Shown here piece by piece: positions 17,123-24,000 of a stretch of DNA of 24,000 bases. The position numbers and the translations under genes were made by a program. The notes beneath the pieces are model-generated. The model did not search any database and was not told the DNA's origin. It saw only the letters and a list, made by a program, of their open reading frames with translations. Every line of letters begins with the position of its first letter. The stretch's first letter is position 1. The DNA is from Beduini massiliensis (GTDB lineage Bacteria; Bacillota_I; Bacilli_A; Erysipelotrichales; Coprobacillaceae). Where the stretch lies: contig NZ_CDPP01000004.1 of NCBI RefSeq assembly GCF_000829905.1, positions 1 to 24,000 of the forward strand. Reading direction: 5' to 3'.

Positions 17123-19933
17123 ATGACAAATACACCAAATGAAAATAACAGGCGACGACGAAGTCAGCCAAAGAAAGCAGATAAGGCGGCAAACAAGAAA
17201 CGTAATAAACGTATTATCTTTAGTGTCTTGAGTGTCCTCGTTGTTGCCGTGATTGGATATGGCATCTATTTTGTATATGGCATTATCAAATCAACCGATA
17301 CATTCAGCATTGAAAAGCTTGTTTCTCAGGAAGCAACAGAAATGTATGATGCGCAAGGCGGCAGCATGGGAATGTGGGGAAATGATGAGGCCGGCACCAG
17401 AGAAAACATTACATACGAGCAATTACCGCAAGTATTAGTCGATGCCGTTGTGGCAACGGAAGATTCACGTTACTTTGATCATAACGGATTTGACTTGCCT
17501 CGTATCATCAAAGCTGCATTTGGGAACCTGCTGGCTGGAGATATTACCAGTGGTGGATCTACGATCACTCAGCAGTTAATCAAAAAATCTTACTACCCTG
17601 ACGAACATACGAATCGTTGGCAAAGAAAAATCGGTGAGATTTATTTGGCAATACAAGCAGACAGCCAATTAGATAAGGAAAAAATATTAGAGCTTTACTT
17701 AAATAAGATTGCTTTTGGTCGTGGAAACAAGACCATCGGGATTCAAGCTGCAAGTAAATATTACTTTGATAAAGATGTTTCTGAATTAACTTTACCAGAA
17801 GCCGCTTTATTAGCCGGAACATTGAATGCACCGGATGCTTTTGATCCTTATTATCACCTTGAAGCAGCCACCCAAAGACGTGATACTGTTTTAGATTTAA
17901 TGTATCGCCATGGCTATATTTCAGAAGATGAAATGAACGCTACAAAACAAATCAAAATTGAAAACACATTAAAGAAAAGTGCTAATGCTGATAACGATTA
18001 TACCAACTATGCAAGTTATACGGACACTGTTCTTTCTGAATACTATGAATTAGCTAAGTCAGGAAAATATCCTGAACTTGCCGGATTAGATCCTTTAGAA
18101 ACGCCAATGGAAATTCATACGTTTATGGACCCGGATGCTCAATCTTATGCAGATTCGATCGCTTCTGGAGAATTATTTAACTTCTATGATGATAACTTAG
18201 AACTAGGTGCCAGTGTTCAAGATACACACACCGGAAAAATTATTGCTGTCATCGGCGGACGCCATTATACCGGCGTTACAACACCGGAACGTGAAGCGGT
18301 TGAAACAGCACCAATCAATTACGCATTAGAAAAACATCAGCCGGGTTCTTCGCTAAAACCAATTATTTCTTACTGTGCCGCTTTTGAATTCTTAGACTGG
18401 TCAACCGGTCAAAGTGTTTCCAATGAAGCGTATACAACACCGGAAGGACACAAAGTCAATAACTGGGACTTCTCGGTAGGCGGGGATGTGCAATTACAAG
18501 AAGCACTTCGTAATTCATTAAATTTACCGGCAATTCATACGTTTAATCAAGTACTGGAAAAAATTACTCTGTCCGATTATCAAAAATATGTTGAAGGATT
18601 CGGTTTTGATTTAAGTGATGAATCTTTCAATACCACTTACTCTATCGGATCTTGGGATCATGGAATTACACCGATCCAAGGTGCGGGAGCATATGCAACG
18701 TTATCAAATAACGGAAATTACATCCAACCGCATACGATTGACTACATTATCCTAAAAGATACCGGAACAAAAATTGATATTCACAATTCAATCACACCGA
18801 CACAAGCATTATCTGCAGAATCTTCATTTATGATTCAGCAAGTATTAAAAACGTTCGCAAAAACACAATATATCGGAACAAACATCAATTATAACTTAGC
18901 TGCAAAATCCGGAACAAGTGACTGGGGAGATGAAGGGGTACGATTTGGTATTCCTCAAGGTGCGAATAAAGACAGCTGGTTCCAAGGCTATACCGAAGAC
19001 TTAGCCGTATCTGTCTGGGTCGGTTATCCGGGAAGCATCGCTTCTGCTTATGGTTATTATCTAAGTTATGATCAAACGAATTTTGGCAGCAAGATCGGAG
19101 CAATGCTGATCGATCATATCCAAAATGGAACTACCGTAAACAGTTATACTCAACCAAGCGGTGTTTCTCAAGCAACAATGGTAAAAGGAATCACGCCTTA
19201 TATGAAGCCGGATTCTTCTACTCCATCAGACAGTGTCATCACAGCCTGGTTTAAAAACAGCAACATGCCAAAAGATTACAGTTTAGCAAGTCAGTTAGCA
19301 GCCTTAACATCTTTCGATGTAACCGGTGAAGCAAATAACTTAAATGTTAAATTCGGTGCTTATGATAAATCAGCAGATGATAAAAACGTGGTCAATATCT
19401 ATGGAGACGCTATCTACGGTGTAGAAGTGCGTGATCCGGATACAGGTGCCATTCTTTACAGTCAAACAAGTGAGACACCGGAATTCAAATTAAATTACAC
19501 ACCAGAAAAGAGTGTCGTTATAGTTGGGTTCTACACACGTTCAAAAGCATTGACGATTCGTTCGTCAGAAAAATCAGTCAATGTGACGATTAAACCAAAG
19601 ACCGCAGAATATACAGTGAACTACTATAAAGACAATGTCTTATTTAAGTCTGAAAAAGGGACCGGAACAATCGGTGCGACCATAACAGCAGATGTCACAA
19701 AATATCAAGATGCTGCTTATAACACCGGTGTTGCTAATCCTACTTCAATTAAGATTGCGGCAGATGGAAGTTCTGTGATTAATGTCTACTACACCAAAAA
19801 GACTCCAACACCCCCTGCTGAAACACCAGGAGGATCGACCGGTGGAAATGACAACACAACCAATAATGGCGGAAACAGTGGTACAGGTAACAACCAAAAT
19901 GGCAATGGAACCACTCAAACCCCTAGCAGTTAA
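17123..19933 (+). CDS. ponA: class A penicillin-binding protein (bifunctional transglycosylase/transpeptidase, PBP1A/PonA-like)
   Basis: 936 aa; TM; GT51 motifs VATEDSRYFDHNGFDL and GGSTITQQLIKKSYY; transpeptidase QPGSSLKPI, SNN-like region and KSGTSDWG; Gly/Asn/Thr-rich C-terminal tail. Confidence 0.95.
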   Translation: MTNTPNENNRRRRSQPKKADKAANKKRNKRIIFSVLSVLVVAVIGYGIYFVYGIIKSTDTFSIEKLVSQEATEMYDAQGGSMGMWGNDEAGTRENITYEQLPQVLVDAVVATEDSRYFDHNGFDLPRIIKAAFGNLLAGDITSGGSTITQQLIKKSYYPDEHTNRWQRKIGEIYLAIQADSQLDKEKILELYLNKIAFGRGNKTIGIQAASKYYFDKDVSELTLPEAALLAGTLNAPDAFDPYYHLEAATQRRDTVLDLMYRHGYISEDEMNATKQIKIENTLKKSANADNDYTNYASYTDTVLSEYYELAKSGKYPELAGLDPLETPMEIHTFMDPDAQSYADSIASGELFNFYDDNLELGASVQDTHTGKIIAVIGGRHYTGVTTPEREAVETAPINYALEKHQPGSSLKPIISYCAAFEFLDWSTGQSVSNEAYTTPEGHKVNNWDFSVGGDVQLQEALRNSLNLPAIHTFNQVLEKITLSDYQKYVEGFGFDLSDESFNTTYSIGSWDHGITPIQGAGAYATLSNNGNYIQPHTIDYIILKDTGTKIDIHNSITPTQALSAESSFMIQQVLKTFAKTQYIGTNINYNLAAKSGTSDWGDEGVRFGIPQGANKDSWFQGYTEDLAVSVWVGYPGSIASAYGYYLSYDQTNFGSKIGAMLIDHIQNGTTVNSYTQPSGVSQATMVKGITPYMKPDSSTPSDSVITAWFKNSNMPKDYSLASQLAALTSFDVTGEANNLNVKFGAYDKSADDKNVVNIYGDAIYGVEVRDPDTGAILYSQTSETPEFKLNYTPEKSVVIVGFYTRSKALTIRSSEKSVNVTIKPKTAEYTVNYYKDNVLFKSEKGTGTIGATITADVTKYQDAAYNTGVANPTSIKIAADGSSVINVYYTKKTPTPPAETPGGSTGGNDNTTNNGGNSGTGNNQNGNGTTQTPSS

Positions 19934-19959
19934 GCAGAAGGATTACCTTCTGCTTTTTT
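19933..19959 (+). terminator. intrinsic terminator after the PBP gene
   Basis: AGCAGAAGG-ATTA-CCTTCTGCT followed by TTTTTT; perfect 9-bp stem. Confidence 0.92.
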
Positions 19960-20009
19960 ATTATATTTAACAACATTGATCTCATAAAAAAACGTTTCAT
20001 CAAGAAACG

Positions 20010-20672
20010 CTAATTTTCATTCATATGTTTAGTTTTTATAGCTTTACGTTTAGGTTCTTTGCAAATATCATACAAAGGACATTCATAACAAGTGGGATTG
20101 GTCGCTTTACAAAAATAACGACCAAAGAAGATAAATTGATGATGCCCCTTAATCCAGCGCTCTTTCGGGATAGCTTTCATCAGCTTCTTTTCTACTGTTA
20201 GCACTGAATCATCCCATTTAGCAAAGCCTAATCGCTTCGAGATTCTTTCCACATGTGTATCGACCGCAAATGCTGGCTGCCCAAAAGCTACGGATACGAC
20301 TACATTCGCCGTCTTTTTCCCTACTCCGGGCAGAGTTGTAAGTTCTTCGATTGTATGAGGAACTTCCCCGTTGAATTGTTCTAGCAGCTGAATGGACATA
20401 TTATGTAATGACTTTGCTTTATTGCGATACAGCCCGATTGTTTTAATATCTTTTTCAATCTGTGCTAAGGGGGCTTCAGCAAAATCTTTTGGACCTTTAT
20501 ATTTTTCAAATAACGTTTTTGTCAGCTTGTTCACACTTTGATCGGTTGTCTGAGCGGATAACATGACCGCTACCAGTAACTCAAACTCATTGTGATGAAC
20601 CAATTCACAATAGGCATCCGGAAACATCTCATCCAATGTGTTCAATATTAAATCTAATTTATGTTTAATCAT
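20010..20672 (-). CDS. nth: Endonuclease III
   Basis: 220 aa; HhH LPGVGKKTANVV, FeS cluster C-X6-C-X2-C-X5-C (CKATNPTCYECPLYDIC). Confidence 0.97.
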   Translation of the reverse strand: MIKHKLDLILNTLDEMFPDAYCELVHHNEFELLVAVMLSAQTTDQSVNKLTKTLFEKYKGPKDFAEAPLAQIEKDIKTIGLYRNKAKSLHNMSIQLLEQFNGEVPHTIEELTTLPGVGKKTANVVVSVAFGQPAFAVDTHVERISKRLGFAKWDDSVLTVEKKLMKAIPKERWIKGHHQFIFFGRYFCKATNPTCYECPLYDICKEPKRKAIKTKHMNEN

Positions 20673-21273
20673 CTTCTTCCCACCACCTATACTCTACTAA
20701 TTCCTCTTCATTACCGCTGGGTTCAATCGGTTCCGCACCAGAACGGCGCACACCATTTTGCGACCAGTTAATCAAAATCTTTTCGATATAGCGAAATGAA
20801 TGGACATTGCTTAAGGCCGCTTCTTTCAAAGCATCTAAAATGAATTGATCACTGTAGCCACTTTGTTTCCAGCTCTTGATTGTTTCCAATTCCATTGGTG
20901 TTAAAGCTTTGGCAAATTCATTTTCAAAAGCTTCCACCAGATTGATTCCTTTTGATCTCTCCGCTTGTTCCACAGGAGCATCAAACACTAATCGCTTATA
21001 AAAAGCATCTAATGAGATTGAGGTCCCGATCAGATTAATCATCTTTTTATTGACTAGCCCGACTAACACACTGTCAATCACTTTGTCATCTAAATGCACA
21101 TAGTGAGTTAACATCTCATAATTAATCCCTTTTTGACCGGAAGCTTGTAATGTCATAATTAAAAGCAGGATCAGAATTTCGTTCTCATTTAAACCCAATG
21201 CCTTATATTTAAGAATTGCCAGTCCCTTTAAATCAATTAAATTATGTTCCTTTAAAAATACATCCATCTTCAT
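20665..21273 (-). CDS. dnaD: DnaD domain-containing replication initiation protein
   Basis: 202 aa; N-terminal winged-helix-like region and C-terminal ANPMELETI-like 'ALTPMELETIKSWKQSGYSDQFILDALKEAALSNVHSFRYIEKILINW', adjacent to nth. Confidence 0.9.
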   Translation of the reverse strand: MKMDVFLKEHNLIDLKGLAILKYKALGLNENEILILLLIMTLQASGQKGINYEMLTHYVHLDDKVIDSVLVGLVNKKMINLIGTSISLDAFYKRLVFDAPVEQAERSKGINLVEAFENEFAKALTPMELETIKSWKQSGYSDQFILDALKEAALSNVHSFRYIEKILINWSQNGVRRSGAEPIEPSGNEEELVEYRWWEEDD

Positions 21274-21740
21274 TACTTCCCTAATTCATAAAATTTTATT
21301 TCACTGCCGTCTTGTGCATTTAAGTAGATATACTGGGTAACATTCCCTAAATTCTGACGACATAAATAACTAATCATTTTATTTTCATAACCTAATTCCA
21401 AGGTACTGAAATCCGTGACATTATAATCTGAAGTCAAGCGTTCTTTCACTAAATCTAATTGAAGTGTCTGCAGCTCCTCTTTTTTTACCATTTGATAATC
21501 GCTGTTAAAAACATAAACATTTTCTTCGTCCTGTCCAATATAATAAATATCCTGACTGTTATACTGAGAAAATTCACTAAAAGAGTCAATTTTGTTGATT
21601 GCCATCGCTTCTTTTTTAGCGTTCAATACTTTATTTTCTGCTCTGTTATAGGGTTCATGAAAAAAATAAATGAACCCGCTGATAAAAATTAAAATCACGG
21701 ATAACGTGATGAGTAACACATAAAATTTTCCTTTTTTCAT
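21273..21740 (-). CDS. YpmB-like membrane-anchored protein (DUF5590/PepSY-like)
   Basis: 155 aa; N-terminal TM (FYVLLITLSVILIFISGFIYFF) and duplicated alpha/beta segments with SDYNVTDFSTLELGYENKMISYLC; located upstream of dnaD as ypmB is. Confidence 0.7.
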   Translation of the reverse strand: MKKGKFYVLLITLSVILIFISGFIYFFHEPYNRAENKVLNAKKEAMAINKIDSFSEFSQYNSQDIYYIGQDEENVYVFNSDYQMVKKEELQTLQLDLVKERLTSDYNVTDFSTLELGYENKMISYLCRQNLGNVTQYIYLNAQDGSEIKFYELGK

Positions 21741-21756
21741 AATCCCTCCGACTTTT

Positions 21757-21784
21757 ATTATACACCAATGTATTTTAGGTGCAA
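21757..21784 (-). promoter_or_regulatory. promoter TTGCAC, 16 nt spacer, TATAAT for the ypmB-dnaD-nth cluster
   Basis: Minus-strand hexamers at plus 21779-21784 and 21757-21762, upstream of the start at 21740. Confidence 0.7.
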
Positions 21785-21811
21785 AGAAAAATCCTTTATA
21801 TCTAAAGGATT
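21785..21811 (-). terminator. intrinsic terminator after the zinc metallopeptidase gene
   Basis: AATCCTTTA-GATA-TAAAGGATT followed by TTTCTTT on the minus strand. Confidence 0.75.
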
Positions 21812-22496
21812 AATCTCTTCTTGAACTTCCTAATACCAATAAAAGCAAACGCAAGATGGATAACAATGAAGCGGCTACGGCTGCTACATAAGTCATTGCG
21901 GCAGCAGACAACATTTGACTTGCTCCGCCAACCTCACTTGCCGGAATCATTCCCGTATCTAAAATTTCCAACGCTCTGCTTGATGCATTGAATTCAACCG
22001 GTAATGTTAACAGCTGAAACAATAAAATGGCGCTGATCAAAACGATTCCCAATAATGCGATGTTTAATTCACCCATAGCAAAACCAATAAATAAAACGAT
22101 ATATCCTGCCCACTGTGACACATTGAATAAAGGCACTAAAGCATTACGATAAACCAATGAACGATATCCCACTTGATGCTGAATGGCATGCCCGCATTCG
22201 TGCGCAGCTACCGCAATAGATGCAATACTATGCCCATTATACACATCACGAGATAAATTCACAGTTTTATTTTTAGGATTATAATGATCACTTAGTTTCC
22301 CATTGACAACGTTGATTTCAACATCCTGCAACCCATTTTGATCTAAGATACGCCGAGCTGTTTCATAACCCGTCAGTCCGCTGCTTGAAGGAATTTTACT
22401 ATATTTACCATAAGCGCTCTGCACCTTCATCTGTGCTCCCATCGTTAAAATGGCCCCAATAAATAATAGTAAATAACCAAACATATAATAATTCAT
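21810..22496 (-). CDS. YugP-like membrane zinc metallopeptidase
   Basis: HEXXH motif in IASIAVAAHECGHAIQHQVGY, several TM helices, FNASSRALEIL. Start revised from 22538 to MNYYMFGYLLL at 22496. Confidence 0.9.
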   Translation of the reverse strand: MNYYMFGYLLLFIGAILTMGAQMKVQSAYGKYSKIPSSSGLTGYETARRILDQNGLQDVEINVVNGKLSDHYNPKNKTVNLSRDVYNGHSIASIAVAAHECGHAIQHQVGYRSLVYRNALVPLFNVSQWAGYIVLFIGFAMGELNIALLGIVLISAILLFQLLTLPVEFNASSRALEILDTGMIPASEVGGASQMLSAAAMTYVAAVAASLLSILRLLLLVLGSSRRD

Positions 22497-22551
22497 ACCT
22501 CTCACCTCGAGTCTATTATACACTACTATTATGAACAATATATTGCAAATA

Positions 22552-22578
22552 ATAAAAAAGATGCATCGAATGCATCTT
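22552..22578 (-). terminator. intrinsic terminator after the HU gene
   Basis: AAGATGCAT-TCG-ATGCATCTT followed by TTTTTA on the minus strand. Confidence 0.8.
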
Positions 22579-22852
22579 AGCTGTTCATTGAATCTTTCAA
22601 ACGGTTACTAGGTTTAAATGTTAAAGTTTTTGAAGCTGGAATTGTCATGATTTCTTTTGTTTTTGGACTGACACCTTTTCTTTCTTTGCGATGATTTACT
22701 TTAAAAGTACCAAATCCAGAAATCAATACTTTATTCCCCTCTAGTAAACTATCTGTAATTGTATCAAACACTGTATCTACTAAATCTTCTGCTTCTTTTT
22801 TTGTTAATTCTTTTTTAACAGATACAGCTTCCACAAGTTCTTTCTTATTCAT
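22577..22852 (-). CDS. hup: DNA-binding protein HU
   Basis: 91 aa; MNKKELVEAVSVKKELTKKEAEDLVDTVFDTI..VLISGFGTFKVNHRKERKGVSPKTKEIMTIPASKTLTFKPSNRLKD. Confidence 0.96.
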   Translation of the reverse strand: MNKKELVEAVSVKKELTKKEAEDLVDTVFDTITDSLLEGNKVLISGFGTFKVNHRKERKGVSPKTKEIMTIPASKTLTFKPSNRLKDSMNS

Positions 22853-22887
22853 TTCAAAACCTCCATACGTGAATATTGAACGTGTTT

Positions 22888-22916
22888 ATAATACCATTTT
22901 TCATGCTTTAGTTCAA
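22888..22916 (-). promoter_or_regulatory. HU promoter TTGAAC, 17 nt spacer, TATTAT
   Basis: Minus-strand hexamers at plus 22911-22916 and 22888-22893, between the spoIVA stop and the HU start. Confidence 0.75.
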
Positions 22917-22941
22917 TAAAATTCGTCAAAAAACGCATCAA

Positions 22942-24000
22942 CTAAAGGACGATCGCAATGACGTTCGTTTTTCCTTTATTCACGATTTTAGACAGAATAT
23001 CATGAATGCGCTGACAAGTTGCTTCCGGGATCGTTCCCAGCTTCATTTTCATACTTTCACTGATGACATCCCCTAGTTTTCGGCCAAACACTTCACAGTC
23101 ATAGATGGCTTGCGGATTCGTACTGTGTTCTTTCATCAAGTAATCAATAAACATTTCCGCCTGCTGTTTTGATCCGATAATCGGTTCAAAAGCATTCTCA
23201 ACTTCTACCTTCACCATATGAATAGTGCTGGCTTTAGAGATCATTTTAATTCCATAGCGAGGTCCTTGTTTAACCACAATGGGTTCAGAAAGTTCGATGT
23301 CCAACAGATCCGGCAAAGCAAAGCCATAACCAGTATGCTGTACCATGCTCAAAGCACTGGAAATATGATCATACTCGTTTTTCGCCATCACCAACTGCTG
23401 CAGCAATTTAATAAACTCCGCTTTATCAATCATATCAGAACCAAGAATTTCCTTTAGAATATCATTATATAACCCGCTCTTAATGCGGATATCCACACAA
23501 GCGCTGCCGGTTGATGTATTAATATCGACGATCTTTGATTCTTCGATCGAATTGAAAGAAGAAAGCTTACTAATTACATTTTTAACATCTCTTAATTTAT
23601 GAATCTCACTTAATGATTCTACCAAACTATTGTCAATATCTTGTTTTAACCAATGGCTTTTATCCAATACAGCGACCCATTTAGGCACATTGATCTTTAC
23701 TTCTGTAACAGGAAATTCATAGAGTGATTGTTTCAAGATATTTTGAATATCGTCCCCTGTCATATCCGCAATGCTCATCGGTAAGATAGGGACATCATAT
23801 TTTTCTTTTAAATGACTCACGCAGCTTTCACAATTAAAGCTATAAGGGTCCGTTGTATTCACAACAATAATAAACGGTTTTCCGATGGCTGTTAATTCCT
23901 CGATGACCTGTTCTTCACTTTCAACATAGCAGTCACGATCAATATCGGTAATACTTCCGTCTGTTGTCACGACTATTCCAATTGTAGAGTGATCTTGAAT
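22942..24000 (-). CDS. spoIVA: stage IV sporulation protein A, partial (N-terminus beyond window edge)
   Basis: The open frame continues through the right edge (IQDHSTIGIVVTTDGSITDIDRDCYVESEEQVIEELTAIGKPFIIVVNT), ends YGFALPDLLDIELSEPIVKQGPRYGIKM..GKTNVIAIVL; adjacent to HU as in Bacillus. The track's start at 23970 is internal. Confidence 0.96.
   Translation of the reverse strand: MQDHSTIGIVVTTDGSITDIDRDCYVESEEQVIEELTAIGKPFIIVVNTTDPYSFNCESCVSHLKEKYDVPILPMSIADMTGDDIQNILKQSLYEFPVTEVKINVPKWVAVLDKSHWLKQDIDNSLVESLSEIHKLRDVKNVISKLSSFNSIEESKIVDINTSTGSACVDIRIKSGLYNDILKEILGSDMIDKAEFIKLLQQLVMAKNEYDHISSALSMVQHTGYGFALPDLLDIELSEPIVVKQGPRYGIKMISKASTIHMVKVEVENAFEPIIGSKQQAEMFIDYLMKEHSTNPQAIYDCEVFGRKLGDVISESMKMKLGTIPEATCQRIHDILSKIVNKGKTNVIAIVL

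Noticed and set aside
16589-19103. Minus-strand ORFs antisense to recU/ponA (16589-16885, 17580-17831, 18885-19103) and alternate-frame plus ORFs 17253-17438, 19782-19970
   Set aside because: They overlap strongly supported recU and PBP coding sequence and have no recognisable protein features.
19805-19930. Gly/Asn/Thr repeats at the end of the PBP gene as a repeat array
   Set aside because: This is a protein low-complexity tail and not a DNA-level tandem repeat with a fixed unit.

Overview
The window looks like ordinary conserved chromosomal core from a spore-forming, low-GC Firmicute, probably Erysipelotrichia-like (the taxon is inferred). Most genes are on the minus strand. In coordinate order it holds: the 5' end of a 16S rRNA gene (minus, cut by the left edge); dtd; miaA with a C-terminal extension; a YvlD/'phage holin family 4'-like membrane protein; mutL; mutS; cotE; ricA/ymcA; miaB; a small orphan ORF; spoVS; ymdB; rny; recA; a cinA C-terminal-domain-only gene; pgsA; a rodZ/ymfM-like gene; class B RNase P RNA (rnpB); gpsB/divIVA-like; then on the plus strand recU and a class A PBP (ponA-like) with an adhesin-like C-terminal module; then on the minus strand nth, dnaD, ypmB-like, a YugP-like zinc metallopeptidase, HU, and spoIVA (cut by the right edge). 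I found no CRISPR array, transposon, prophage, toxin-antitoxin or defence module. The best leads for something undescribed are: (1) a roughly 90-140 nt structured intergenic element between recA and rny, bracketed by two intrinsic terminators; (2) a C-terminal extension of about 106 aa on MiaA; (3) a 75-aa orphan ORF with its own promoter and terminator between spoVS and miaB; (4) the repeat-like C-terminal module and low-complexity tail on the class A PBP. I ran no database searches. Family names come from recognised motifs and synteny.
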